Below are positions 32,697 to 42,219 of a stretch of DNA of 64,000 bases, piece after piece. The notes beneath the pieces were generated by a model. It saw nothing but the letters and a program-made list of their open reading frames with translations, searched no databases and had not been told where the DNA came from. The stretch is taken from positions 32,001 through 96,000 of the IMG/VR virus record IMGVR_UViG_3300043432_000484. One strand, 5' to 3'. This stretch comes from a virus. Its lineage: Duplodnaviria; Caudoviricetes. Numbering within the stretch: the first letter of the stretch is position 1; each line of letters starts with the position of its first letter. Made by a program: the position numbers and the translations under genes.

Positions 32697-33497
32697 TTAC
32701 CGGGGCAGTCTTTCGTTCAGCTTCTCGCGACGAATCGTGCGAGAGCTGACCTGCTCTTTCTGATAGGCAACCACGGCCTGACCGTGGGCCGAAAACAAGG
32801 CCCCCGTGCTGGACTCCCGATCAACCCTCCACTCGTAGAGAAGCACGTCAGGACCCCCGTGGTGTTTAGAGAACCAGTCGGTGCGCCCGATGGCGCGGAC
32901 CCACTTCTTGAGGATGACATCGAAAATGGGCGGAGTCCCGGATTCCGGCATGGGCAAGGGCTTGAGCCAAACACGGAACCAATCGGCGCCGATCTTGTAG
33001 TAGGCGGAGCGCTCATCAATGGCCACCCGCGCCGGGGGAGTCCGCTTGTAGCGGCGGCGGGGGAGCCGCGGCGCCCAGCGCAAGATCCCTTGGCGGTCAA
33101 CGTAATAGTCCCCGTCCAGAGGGCGAGATTGGTTCCCGTAATTCTGGTGCGGCGGTGAATGGGGGACATCCCCATGCCAAACCGGATTGAGCACCACGAA
33201 ATCGTTGAGCAAGTGCATCTTCGTGTGCTGAACGACGGTGCCCCCACCATGCAGGGACGCGCTCAGCTCCGAGAACACCTTGTCCCAAGGACGCCCACAA
33301 TTCTTCCGCAAGAACCCCTTGAGGGGCGCGAAGTACTCCCCAAATTCCTTGCGCTCCCGGTAAGGGCGACGAATCCCTTCCTTGGTGGGAGTCGTCTCCA
33401 AATCACCGTGGTTAGCCGTGTGCCGATGCCAGCGGTACGTTTCCCCTCCATTTCGGCGAGGAGTTTCCACGAGCAACTGCGCCAAATCATTACGCAT
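32697..33497 (-). CDS. Hypothetical basic protein
   Basis: ORF with RBS GGAGG; PLKGFL...GRPWDKVFSE. Confidence 0.65.
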   Translation of the reverse strand: MRNDLAQLLVETPRRNGGETYRWHRHTANHGDLETTPTKEGIRRPYRERKEFGEYFAPLKGFLRKNCGRPWDKVFSELSASLHGGGTVVQHTKMHLLNDFVVLNPVWHGDVPHSPPHQNYGNQSRPLDGDYYVDRQGILRWAPRLPRRRYKRTPPARVAIDERSAYYKIGADWFRVWLKPLPMPESGTPPIFDVILKKWVRAIGRTDWFSKHHGGPDVLLYEWRVDRESSTGALFSAHGQAVVAYQKEQVSSRTIRREKLNERLPR

Positions 33498-33630
33498 TTT
33501 TACCTCCAGGTTACAGTAACTACAGTGACCCTGGGCGATGCCAGCGTCCTATGTTACCTACCTGGAAGTTTGAAATACCGGACATGAGATGTGGTCCTCG
33601 GTGTACCGAGTATCCGTGAAAGGACACACG

Positions 33631-35955
33631 ATGTCAACCCACTCATACCTGGTTACAAAAGATCTATACCTGGTCACGCAACAGCTGACCCTCACATCTG
33701 CCCCCAAGAAGGTGGTAGAGATGCCTACCAACCATTTCCTAGTGATCGATTGCAGCGGCTCGATGAGTCAAGACCTGCCCAAGATCCGGGAGCAGCTGAA
33801 GCGCAAGCTCCCAAAGCTCCTGAAGGAGCAAGACACAGTCTCGGTCATCTGGTTCAGTGGCCGCGGGGAATTCGGCACCCTGCTGGAAGCCGAGCCCGTG
33901 GCGTCCTTGACGGATCTGCAAAACGTAGAGCGCGCTATCGATCGTTGGCTCAAGCCGGTGGGGCTCACCGGCTTCACCGATCCTCTAAAGGAAGCTACCA
34001 AAGTCGTCGAGCGCGTGGCCAAGGCCCGCAAGGGTAGTGTGTCCAGTCTGTTCTTCATGAGCGATGGCTGTGACAACACGGGGACCCGTTCAGGGATCCT
34101 GCAGGCCATGGAGACCGCGGCTAGCGAGTTCGCCTCCACAACGATCATCGAGTACGGGTACTACGCTGATCGCTCTTTGCTGTCCGCGATGGCGGAGAAA
34201 GCTGGAGGCTGCCACATCTTCGCAGAAGACTTCGATCGCTACTCACCGACGTTCGAAGCCGCGATGCAGAAGAAGCAGACCGGCGCCAAGAAAGTGGGGG
34301 TCACGATCCAGGGAGACCCAATCGGTGGCTTCGCGTTCTCACTCGGAGATGGGGAGCTGACCACCTATGGCATCGATGCTGGGATGGTGGCTGTTCCCGA
34401 AGACCTCAAAACGCTGGCATACCTGTCCCCTACCCTGATCGGGACATCCAAGGGCAACCTGTCCGATCTGACGTCTCCGGAGTTTGCCTATGCGGCCATC
34501 TCCCTCTTCGCGGTCCGCATGAAGCCTGGGATCGTATACCCTCTCCTAGCAGGCCTCGGGGATGCGTCCCTCATTGACCAGTTCTCCAGCTGCTTCGGCA
34601 AGCAGAAGTACAGTGAGTTCCAGGCCCGCGCACAACGAGCGGCATTCGTCAAAGAAGAGCGCTTCACTGCTGGGCAGGACTTCAATCGAGTCCCCAAAGA
34701 GGATGCGTTCACAGTGCTAGACGCCCTGAACCTGCTGGCCAGCGAAGAGGGCAATAGGGTGCTGCTCGACCACCCAGAGTTCCGCTACAGCCGAATCGGC
34801 CGCGGGCGCATCGATGCCAACGAACAGCTGACCGCTGAAGAGCAAGAAGAGATTCGGGTTCTCAGTGAGGAGCTTGCCACGACCAAGAAAGCAGCTCGGG
34901 TGCAGGAGATCAGCACCCGGATCGCAGCTATCACGGCAAGCAAGCCCAAAGCCCTGAAGTTCGAGGCAGACGCGGCCCCGAACGGCTACCCCATCTCGTC
35001 CCTGACCTTCAATGAGGATCGGCCGAACGTGTCCTTCCTAGTTCGCAAGAGCGGGTCCGTTGACCTTTCCTCACGAACGGACAAGCCAACTCAAACCCCG
35101 GAGGTGTTCCCAACCTTCGTGTTCCGCAACTACGCGGTCATCAAGGACGGTCTGGTCAACATCGACAAGCTGCCTGTGAAGGTTACAGCAGAGACGTGTG
35201 ACAAGATCATGAAACTAGAACTGCGGGGTTGGGTTCAACGCCACACTACTATGTCCACGGACGGCAAAATCGGCCTTACTTTGAATCTCCGTGCCCTACC
35301 GGTGATCAACCGCAAGATGGTAAAAGAGGTCTCGGCAAAGAATTTCTTCGAGACCCAGTACCAGCTCCTTCTGGCCCAAGCCGAACAGAAAGTTCTGAAC
35401 AGCTACGCCAAGGAGTTGCTCCCGTCCAGGAAGTCAGAGGGGTTTGAAGAACGCTACGGCGCCGACGCCGCGCAATGGCTCAAGGAACAGGGGTTCACCG
35501 ACTACTCGGGTTTCTCTCCCAAAGCCGTTGTAGCTGAGTCCACGGACTTCTACATGGGCAAAGAGTTGAAGGTCAGCCTCAAGGGCTACTCCAAGCTACC
35601 AAGTCTCAAAGAGGTCAAAGACCAGATTGCCAAGAAGAAGTTGAACGGTCCAGGTGCACTCATGGCCCCAACCGTGACTCTCGTCGAGGACTTCCTGGCC
35701 AGCGACTTCTACCAGAAGAGCAAGGGCAACTCGGCAACGCTAGAGGTGTGGATCGACGGGCAAGCCAAGGCCGCCAAAGAGAAGGTGCGCAAGCTGATCT
35801 TCCAGATCTCCCAAACCACCTTTGCGCTGGTGGTTGGTCAAACCTGGTTCCAGGAGTTCAGCTCGCTGGATGAGAACAGCCTCACGTTGACACTGCCCGG
35901 CGGAGCAACCGTTGAGTGCAAAGCCGAGATGAAGGAAGTCCAAATTCGCATCTGA
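33631..35955 (+). CDS. Large VWA domain protein
   Basis: MIDAS DCSGSM, FMSDG; RBS AAGGA. Confidence 0.85.
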   Translation: MSTHSYLVTKDLYLVTQQLTLTSAPKKVVEMPTNHFLVIDCSGSMSQDLPKIREQLKRKLPKLLKEQDTVSVIWFSGRGEFGTLLEAEPVASLTDLQNVERAIDRWLKPVGLTGFTDPLKEATKVVERVAKARKGSVSSLFFMSDGCDNTGTRSGILQAMETAASEFASTTIIEYGYYADRSLLSAMAEKAGGCHIFAEDFDRYSPTFEAAMQKKQTGAKKVGVTIQGDPIGGFAFSLGDGELTTYGIDAGMVAVPEDLKTLAYLSPTLIGTSKGNLSDLTSPEFAYAAISLFAVRMKPGIVYPLLAGLGDASLIDQFSSCFGKQKYSEFQARAQRAAFVKEERFTAGQDFNRVPKEDAFTVLDALNLLASEEGNRVLLDHPEFRYSRIGRGRIDANEQLTAEEQEEIRVLSEELATTKKAARVQEISTRIAAITASKPKALKFEADAAPNGYPISSLTFNEDRPNVSFLVRKSGSVDLSSRTDKPTQTPEVFPTFVFRNYAVIKDGLVNIDKLPVKVTAETCDKIMKLELRGWVQRHTTMSTDGKIGLTLNLRALPVINRKMVKEVSAKNFFETQYQLLLAQAEQKVLNSYAKELLPSRKSEGFEERYGADAAQWLKEQGFTDYSGFSPKAVVAESTDFYMGKELKVSLKGYSKLPSLKEVKDQIAKKKLNGPGALMAPTVTLVEDFLASDFYQKSKGNSATLEVWIDGQAKAAKEKVRKLIFQISQTTFALVVGQTWFQEFSSLDENSLTLTLPGGATVECKAEMKEVQIRI

Positions 35956-35962
35956 GGTTGCT

Positions 35963-36676
35963 TTGACCACAACGCTGAACTGGTTCATCTACTCTCTGGT
36001 TGATCCCAGAGAGCCAGATCCTCCCCGCTACGTTGGGTGGACTAGAGATCCAGTTCGGCGTTTGCGATCACATTTGAACAACGCCAAAACTGGAAGAGAT
36101 CGCACCAGATGCGGGAATTGGAAGAGATCCTTGTTGTCAACCGGAGTTAAGCCTCAACTTGTACTGCTGGAATCGGGCACAGGTGATGAGTGGAAGGTTG
36201 CTGAAGTGCGTTGGATCCAACATTTCCGTAACCTAGCAGGGGACAAACTTACGAATCACACCCTAGGCGGGGAAGGTTTCACGGCCACCCATACAGAAGA
36301 AACTCGTAAGCGCATGAGCGAAGCTCAAAAGGGTCGTCCTAAGCCCCGCACACCAGAGCACCAGAGCAATTTGGAGGTTGCGCTTAGGAGCCGAGTTTGG
36401 ACGATGGAGTCACGCTTAAAAATGAGCGTTGATAGGACCGGCAGGGTAGAAACGGAAGCCCACAAATCTAAGATCAGCAGAGCGTTGAAAGCCCATCTGG
36501 AGGGTAATCAAGAGGCACGCCAAAAGAGGAGTCAAGGAGCCAGTAAGTTAGCAGGGACACCAGAAGAAAAAAGGATCCGAAGTGAGCGGTTGAAAGCCAT
36601 ATGGGCAGATCCAATCCTGCGAGCCGAAAGAATCAAAGCTCAGATAAACGGCAGGGCACTGAAACAGCCAGGGTAA
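35963..36676 (+). CDS. GIY-YIG homing endonuclease with NUMOD3-like repeats
   Basis: FIYSL...YVGWT...R...H, EVRWI, LTN...GGEG, HTEETRKRMSEAQKG. Confidence 0.88.
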   Translation: MTTTLNWFIYSLVDPREPDPPRYVGWTRDPVRRLRSHLNNAKTGRDRTRCGNWKRSLLSTGVKPQLVLLESGTGDEWKVAEVRWIQHFRNLAGDKLTNHTLGGEGFTATHTEETRKRMSEAQKGRPKPRTPEHQSNLEVALRSRVWTMESRLKMSVDRTGRVETEAHKSKISRALKAHLEGNQEARQKRSQGASKLAGTPEEKRIRSERLKAIWADPILRAERIKAQINGRALKQPG

Positions 36677-36709
36677 CTGCTTATATCCTAGCTAGCTAGA
36701 GGTGCCTCC

Positions 36710-36940
36710 ATGAATAATCCAGAGTCAGATTTGCAAGAGTTGAGCGCGCTACTGAATGAAAGACGACTGCTGGATACGGAGATGGATCGCATGTCCACGA
36801 TATATATTACCATCTCCGGGCACGTATCCCCCAGTACGCTCAGCACGATACATCAGGCCATCATCTCTCTAGACGCAGAGATCAGCGCTATCGATGACCG
36901 ACTAGAGATCCGCAGATGGGTAGACTACAGAGGCTGGTGA
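36710..36940 (+). CDS. Hypothetical protein
   Basis: RBS GAGGTG before ATG. Confidence 0.55.
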   Translation: MNNPESDLQELSALLNERRLLDTEMDRMSTIYITISGHVSPSTLSTIHQAIISLDAEISAIDDRLEIRRWVDYRGW

Positions 36941-37095
36941 CCAGCTAGGATCCGGTTCCAGCAAAGGGCCTGGACAGTACTTTCCGTCCTCTCCTTTGCG
37001 CTCCCCGGCGTGACGATGCTCACACCAGTGACAGAACGGCTCCTCCCCATTTCTGGGGGTACCGCCCGGGGCCTTCACTGTTCCTGTGTTCTCCA

Positions 37096-37641
37096 TCACC
37101 CGAACATCAATTCAAGGTGGGGCACATTCTGCAGCCAGTACCTCCACGATTCAGGCACCGTACGGATGGGCACGGCTGGCATTTGCAGAGGCAAATGCGT
37201 CGGGCGGACTGGCTGCTTCAGCAACCTCATCTTGGCTTGCTCCGGGGTCCTGCCACCCTTCCGAGAGTTGCACGGGATGCAGGAGCTTACGACGTTGGTC
37301 CAGACCGTCTTGCCTCCCTGAGTGCGCGGGATGACGTGGTCGTAGTTCAACTGACGCCTTGGGAACTTGTTCCCGCAGTACTGGCAGGTGAACTTGTCAC
37401 GTGTGAGAACGTTGACGCGGCTGAACTTGACACCCTTCTTGTTCGCGGGGATCGCCGTCTTGATGCGCGCCACGGAGGGGATCTGAAACGAGACGCTCGG
37501 GCTCGACACCTTAGCGTCTGGAGACTCGTGAGACTCCAGGACCTCGATCTCGCCCTCCACCAGCTTGCAGATCGCCTCCTGCCACCCAACTATGCGGTGG
37601 GGTTCCATCCAGGGCGTGAGTAGGAGTGTGTGAAATTGCAT
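37096..37641 (-). CDS. HNH endonuclease (McrA-like)
   Basis: RDKFTCQYCG...DHVIP..GG..VWTNVVSSCIPCNSRK. Confidence 0.92.
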   Translation of the reverse strand: MQFHTLLLTPWMEPHRIVGWQEAICKLVEGEIEVLESHESPDAKVSSPSVSFQIPSVARIKTAIPANKKGVKFSRVNVLTRDKFTCQYCGNKFPRRQLNYDHVIPRTQGGKTVWTNVVSSCIPCNSRKGGRTPEQAKMRLLKQPVRPTHLPLQMPAVPIRTVPESWRYWLQNVPHLELMFG

Positions 37642-37658
37642 GGCGTTCTCTCAATCAG

Positions 37659-37746
37659 TACTCGGGGAAGGGATCGAACCTTCATGCCTCTCGGCAACAG
37701 GGCGTATACCCCATCGTGTCTACCTAGGATTTTTCACCACCCGAGC
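37659..37746 (-). tRNA. tRNA-Leu-like gene with aberrant anticodon loop (possible pseudo-tRNA)
   Basis: GCTCGGG/CCCGAGT-A acceptor, Leu-type D arm, long variable arm, TTCGATC T loop; anticodon region GTATACG is non-canonical. Confidence 0.6.
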
Positions 37747-37805
37747 ATAGATGCAGCGTTGTAGCAGATTCCCTTTTGGCCCGCCACCACTATGGAGGGC
37801 TACCA

Positions 37806-37982
37806 ATGGATCATAAGAAAGCGCAGTGTCCAGTCTGTCACGGGGCTCGTACCCGCGTCGATCGAGACGTGGAGAAGCTCTGTTTCCTATGCAACGGGGC
37901 CGGGACTATTTCCTCCCACATCGCGCATGTGATCGAACGCCGGCTAAGGCAGCGGCGGGCATCAAAACCTAGTTCGAGCTGA
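37806..37982 (+). CDS. Small DnaJ-type Zn-finger protein
   Basis: CPVCHG...CFLCNGAG; RBS GGAGG. Confidence 0.6.
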   Translation: MDHKKAQCPVCHGARTRVDRDVEKLCFLCNGAGTISSHIAHVIERRLRQRRASKPSSS

Positions 37983-38211
37983 CCCTCCGCGCCTCCAAGA
38001 GGGCTTCCTTGCTCACTGCCTTCACCAGGCCTTGGGAGTCAAGCTTCAAGGAGGATGAGGGCAGGAGAATCGCTCGTTTGGCGCAGCTCGCCCCCCACCC
38101 CTTGGTGAGCACAAAAATGCCCATACGATCACACGACCGCCTACCACAGCCCAGGCACACGTAAACGAGCAACGGGGAGCGCTCGTTAGACTCAAGTGTA
38201 GTCTCCATCAC
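37969..38211 (-). CDS. Hypothetical protein
   Basis: ORF 9 nt downstream of a GGTGTA motif. Confidence 0.5.
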   Translation of the reverse strand: MMETTLESNERSPLLVYVCLGCGRRSCDRMGIFVLTKGWGASCAKRAILLPSSSLKLDSQGLVKAVSKEALLEARRVSSN

Positions 38212-38241
38212 TCTAGGAGGTACACCAGAAGATTCGTGAGC

Positions 38242-38868
38242 TTACGGTAAAATCGACAAAGTCAGGATTTGTTCGTGCACGTCCAGGGTGCGAACCTGCA
38301 GGGCTTCCCGATTGTTGTCGTTGAAGATCACGTAATCAGCCACGTCCAGCTTCTTGGCCAACGGGTACTGGGAGGCGATCCGGCTGCGCGCTTCCTCCTC
38401 GGTGATCCCGTTGCGCTTCATGACTCGCGTGGTTTGCAGATCGGGGCTCGCGGCCACCACGATCAGCTTGTCCATCCCAGCATACAACCCCAACTCAACC
38501 AGCAGGGCCGCTTCGTAGAGGATGTATGGGGTAGTGGTATTGCGAGCCTCCTGGACGCGCTCCTCATAGAGCTGCCGGATTCGAGGGTGCGTGATGGCTT
38601 CCAGGGCCTTGCGCGCCGACGGCTCACGAAAGACCAGCGCCCCCAGCTTGGCCCGATCCAAGATGCCTTCGGGGGTAAGGTACTCGGACCCAAATAGCCC
38701 AACCAGCTCCGCCAAACCAGAGGTCCCTGGAGCCACGGCATCCCGAGATAGCTGATCAGCGTCGATTACCGTCACCCCCAAGGAGGTGAAAATCTTGGCG
38801 GTGGCGCTCTTACCTGACGCTATACCTCCGGTGAGCCCAATAACTAGTTTGTGGGATTGGTTAGACAT
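38242..38868 (-). CDS. coaE: Dephospho-CoA kinase
   Basis: IGLTGGIASGKS, IDAD, LDRAKLG..VF, ITHP, RIASQ. Confidence 0.95.
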   Translation of the reverse strand: MSNQSHKLVIGLTGGIASGKSATAKIFTSLGVTVIDADQLSRDAVAPGTSGLAELVGLFGSEYLTPEGILDRAKLGALVFREPSARKALEAITHPRIRQLYEERVQEARNTTTPYILYEAALLVELGLYAGMDKLIVVAASPDLQTTRVMKRNGITEEEARSRIASQYPLAKKLDVADYVIFNDNNREALQVRTLDVHEQILTLSILP

Positions 38869-39679
38869 GAATACCTACATTTACGCCATACTGTACAATG
38901 GTTTGCCGGTTTATGTCGGGAAGACCAAGCAAAAGATACACCGTAGACTGGTAACCCACTGGAGCGACGCAAAGCGAGGAAAAACCCACACGCCCTTTGG
39001 GAGATGGCTAGAAAAGCAAACAGTCAAGCCCGAAATCATTTCCTTAGAGGAAGTGCTGGATGTCTCTGAGTGGCAAGAGCGCGAAAGATTTTGGATCAAG
39101 AGCCTCACTAAACAAGGGCTCAAGCTATTCAATACTCACCCAGGAGGTAATGGAAGCCACACTATTAGTCACCGCTTTCCTGCAGAAGCTATTGAGTTGT
39201 TAGGTAAAATTTCAGATTCCAGAATCGCGGAAATGATCGGGCTCACTCGTGAAGCGGTCCGATATCACCGTACGCAACTTGGGGTTGTTGCCTCGGATGA
39301 CAGATCCAGAATCAAACCACCAGCACCAAGGCCCAAAGGGTACCGTCACGTCAAACGGGTGGAGCTTCCTGAGGAAGCTGTGAAACTTTTGGGGAGAATC
39401 AGTGATCAAAAGATAGCAGAGCAATTCGGGCTAAGTCGGCACATTGTCAAGACGCGCAGAAACGAAATGGGAATCCCAAGGGCGTCAGCCATACACGGGA
39501 GCGCCCATCATTCCTCAAAGCTAAGTGCAGAAGCCATTCTAGATATCCAAGCTAACTACATCAAGGGTTCGGCGGGACATAGATCCAGCAACAGTCTAGG
39601 GCACTTTGCCAGGAAATACTCAGTCCACCCCACTTCCGTTTGGACCGTCGTCAGGAGCTACTTGGAGTCCAAAGAGTAA
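38867..39679 (+). CDS. GIY-YIG homing endonuclease with two HTH repeats
   Basis: YIYAI...YVGKT...R...H, ERFWI, LFN..PGG; repeated LLG(K/R)ISD..IAE..GL. Confidence 0.88.
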   Translation: MNTYIYAILYNGLPVYVGKTKQKIHRRLVTHWSDAKRGKTHTPFGRWLEKQTVKPEIISLEEVLDVSEWQERERFWIKSLTKQGLKLFNTHPGGNGSHTISHRFPAEAIELLGKISDSRIAEMIGLTREAVRYHRTQLGVVASDDRSRIKPPAPRPKGYRHVKRVELPEEAVKLLGRISDQKIAEQFGLSRHIVKTRRNEMGIPRASAIHGSAHHSSKLSAEAILDIQANYIKGSAGHRSSNSLGHFARKYSVHPTSVWTVVRSYLESKE

Positions 39680-40026
39680 AATTGCTGTACGCATAATGCA
39701 GCAATCACCGATGTCTTGACCCTGACCCTTTTGTTTCTGGGTAACTTCTCCCCGGTCATCTTGGTGCAGATGGCTAGCTTGAGGATGGCTATGTCCAGCT
39801 CAGCCATGTTTGAGAACTTAAGAGCCGCGGGGAGAGGCTGCTCATTATATACAGCAAGGAGGAAATCCGAGATGGTAGCTAACTCATTGTTTCGACTGGC
39901 ATCAAGCCACTCCTGGATTGCCGAATGGTGCAAGGTTCCCTGGGTGTGCTTCCAGGCGTCATCATCTGCGGCAGCCAGACTGGGCAACAGTAGGGACAAA
40001 ATAATGATGGAAATCAGCTTCTTCAT
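39658..40026 (-). CDS. Secreted hypothetical protein
   Basis: Signal peptide MKKLISIIILSLLLPSLAAA. Confidence 0.65.
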   Translation of the reverse strand: MKKLISIIILSLLLPSLAAADDDAWKHTQGTLHHSAIQEWLDASRNNELATISDFLLAVYNEQPLPAALKFSNMAELDIAILKLAICTKMTGEKLPRNKRVRVKTSVIAALCVQQFYSLDSK

Positions 40027-40028
40027 CG

Positions 40029-40478
40029 CTACCCTTTTGGTTCTGACTTTTGGGCGAGCAGTTCGATCAGGTGATCGATGCGCCGGTTCTGAGAGTCTAG
40101 CATCCTTCGTAGTTCCTGCACGTCCAGTTCGGTTTTGGCACTCACGAAGTAGGAGCTTTTGGACACATACCGGTCTTTGTAGGACTCACGATTCTGCGCC
40201 ATCATGATCATGGGGGCAGTGTAGGCGGCCTGCAAAGACAGGAACAAATTCATCAAGATGAATGGGTAAGGATCCCAATGTGGCCCCCACGGCAACGCGT
40301 TGAATACCAGCCACCCGAGCAGGAACAAAGATTGGGCGATGATGAAGCGCCAAGAGCCCACCACATGGGCGACCTTCTCGGCGGCGCGCTGACCAAAAGA
40401 GGGGGTTTCGTAGCCCGGCACCCTGAGCGAGGGTAGACTGCTGGGTAGGTGAGGTGCGGACTCGGGATCAATCTCCAT
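40029..40478 (-). CDS. DUF1003-family membrane protein
   Basis: VGSWRFII, WDPYPFILMNLFLSLQAAYTAPMIMMAQNR. Confidence 0.88.
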   Translation of the reverse strand: MEIDPESAPHLPSSLPSLRVPGYETPSFGQRAAEKVAHVVGSWRFIIAQSLFLLGWLVFNALPWGPHWDPYPFILMNLFLSLQAAYTAPMIMMAQNRESYKDRYVSKSSYFVSAKTELDVQELRRMLDSQNRRIDHLIELLAQKSEPKG

Positions 40479-40520
40479 GATGGCCTCCTACAAAGGCTCA
40501 CCATAGGTGCGCTATTCTTG

Positions 40521-40601
40521 CGTTCCCGGCTGGACTCGAACCAGCATTTGTCTTTCGACCCGGCTTAGGAAGCCGACGCCCATCCTTTGGACCACGGGAA
40601 C
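40521..40601 (-). tRNA. tRNA-Arg(CCT) with extra variable-arm hairpin
   Basis: GTTCCCG/CGGGAAC-G; TCGGC-TTCCTAA-GCCGG; variable GTC-GAAA-GAC; TTCGAGT. Confidence 0.88.
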
Positions 40602-40606
40602 AGAAC

Positions 40607-40780
40607 TCAGTCGGGTACCACCCTTATAAGGGCCGGCACACATACTTTCGTGGACTCGCCACCGTTCACCGACTCCAACTCCTTGTAGACCCCGCCGCGG
40701 GCTTCACAGGACGTGGATGGCTGGAGTGCCAGAGCGGTAAGCCCCGTGACGATCAAGGCGATTACAATCAAGAGCTTCAT
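40607..40780 (-). CDS. Small secreted/membrane protein (57 aa; not in ORF track)
   Basis: MKLLIVIALIVTGLTALA...two Cys; start overlaps the E1 stop. Confidence 0.55.
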   Translation of the reverse strand: MKLLIVIALIVTGLTALALQPSTSCEARGGVYKELESVNGGESTKVCVPALIRVVPD

Positions 40781-41352
40781 CATGTTCTCATCACTCCGCC
40801 CGGGTGGATTGCGTAGTCAAGCTTCTTGCCCCGGAGCAAGAAATCCTGTGCCGCCTTGGCGATCATGGACGACGCCACAGCGATGAACGGAAGGTGCTCT
40901 CCTCCCTCGCACGTGGCTTGCCCGGCCACGTTCTCTGAGTCGATCACGAAGTTTTCGTCCCAGACCACCCGCCCATATGATCCATCTGCAGCCAAGGCCC
41001 CATGCAAGCACGGAGTCTTGGTGTGCCGCGCAAACGCCTGGACGACCTCCCGGGCCGGCGCGTTGTCGAGGCAATCCAGAAGCAGGTCAGCCCCCGAAAG
41101 GAGCTGGGTAGCATTGTCCGTGGTCAGCCGGTGAGGCACCGCCGTAGGCTTGAGCCCGAACAAGAACCCCATCGACTGCTGCAGCGACTGGGCCTTGTTC
41201 TTGCCCACCCCGGGCTTGCTGTGGAACTGGGCGAGCACGTTCTTTTGCTCAATTCGATCCATGTCGATGAGCTTGAGGTCGGCCTCATTCCTAAGAAACA
41301 AAGCCACATGCGAGCCCAGAGCCCCTACGCCTATGATGGTGACCTTTTTCAT
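40780..41352 (-). CDS. E1/ThiF-family ubiquitin-like activating enzyme (minimal)
   Basis: IIGVGALG, IDMDRIEQKN, KNKA, LLLDCLDN, candidate catalytic Cys in ATCEG. Confidence 0.9.
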   Translation of the reverse strand: MKKVTIIGVGALGSHVALFLRNEADLKLIDMDRIEQKNVLAQFHSKPGVGKNKAQSLQQSMGFLFGLKPTAVPHRLTTDNATQLLSGADLLLDCLDNAPAREVVQAFARHTKTPCLHGALAADGSYGRVVWDENFVIDSENVAGQATCEGGEHLPFIAVASSMIAKAAQDFLLRGKKLDYAIHPGGVMRT

Positions 41353-41510
41353 GTTCCCGAACCCGTCTCCTCCTTCTTATCACAGTTTGGACAGAGAGGG
41401 GGAGGATTCCACTCATCATTGGAAGCCGTCTCGCATTCAACCACCGCGCCACAGCGCTTGCACTTGTAGCGCAGCAGTTGAACCCAGTGCTTCCAACCGG
41501 TGAAGTACAT
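41349..41510 (-). CDS. Small Zn-ribbon protein (53 aa; not in ORF track)
   Basis: MYFTGW...YKCKRCG...LCPNCD; overlaps the Ubl stop and the E1 start. Confidence 0.7.
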   Translation of the reverse strand: MYFTGWKHWVQLLRYKCKRCGAVVECETASNDEWNPPPLCPNCDKKEETGSGT

Positions 41511-41764
41511 CAGCCGTCCAGCTGGCCGCCGAATGGCGTCTTGGGGCGCACCGCGACACGGTTCGGGAGGTCATCCTTTGCCGGGAAGCGATCGACCACG
41601 TAATCCGAGAAGTCAGCCGTCTGGGCATCGATACCCGGGACGTTGCCGTTGAGCACTGCCTCCGCGGCCCAACGCTTGATCTCAGCATCGGTAGCGTCGA
41701 ATGGGATCGGGTCGGTCAAGTCCCCGTTGGACCCCGCGAATGTGACGTTCAGGTTTGCTTCCAT
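41510..41764 (-). CDS. Ubiquitin-like (beta-grasp) protein with short C-terminal extension
   Basis: 84 aa between JAB and E1; ends VAVRPKTPFGG-QLDG; RBS AAGGAG. Confidence 0.72.
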   Translation of the reverse strand: MEANLNVTFAGSNGDLTDPIPFDATDAEIKRWAAEAVLNGNVPGIDAQTADFSDYVVDRFPAKDDLPNRVAVRPKTPFGGQLDG

Positions 41765-42219
41765 GTCTCTTCTCCTTGATTGTCAGAACCCTCAGGCTCT
41801 GCGATTGCCTCTACGCTGGACTGCCAACGTCGAACCATGTGATGGTTGTAGTAGGACTTGCCCCGCAGCTCTCCCATCCACGTGGGCTCATATAGCGCAG
41901 GACCCTTGGCGTAGTCAAGCTTCCCTGGCCCAACCCAGCACAGTTCGATGAACTGATCCTCGCTCGTGATCCACCAGACCAACCGGCGGCCCAATCCAGA
42001 CTCGACGGCCGCGAAAGTGGTCAGGTCCGTGTCCGAAGGGCCGGGCTCTCCTGACCCCGGATGACTATGAGCAAAGCCCAGAATGTTGGCGCGGTTCTCC
42101 CAGATGACTTCCCAAAGCTCTCGGGAGTCAGGGAGCGCACCACCACTGCGATCCACCGGCAGATGCCAGTAGATCGGCTCGCAGCCCATTCCAACCAAAA
42201 CTCCAGCTTCAATGCTCAT
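41749..42219 (-). CDS. JAB/MPN+ metalloisopeptidase
   Basis: N-terminal E, HSHP-GSGEPG-PS-DT-D JAMM motif. Confidence 0.88.
   Translation of the reverse strand: MSIEAGVLVGMGCEPIYWHLPVDRSGGALPDSRELWEVIWENRANILGFAHSHPGSGEPGPSDTDLTTFAAVESGLGRRLVWWITSEDQFIELCWVGPGKLDYAKGPALYEPTWMGELRGKSYYNHHMVRRWQSSVEAIAEPEGSDNQGEETWKQT

Noticed and set aside
40780-41764. Ordinary ThiF/ThiS or MoeB/MoaD sulfur relay
   Set aside because: No cofactor-biosynthesis, rhodanese or thiolase genes nearby, and the context is JAB, E2-like and TROVE. A sulfur-carrier role is disfavoured but not disproven.
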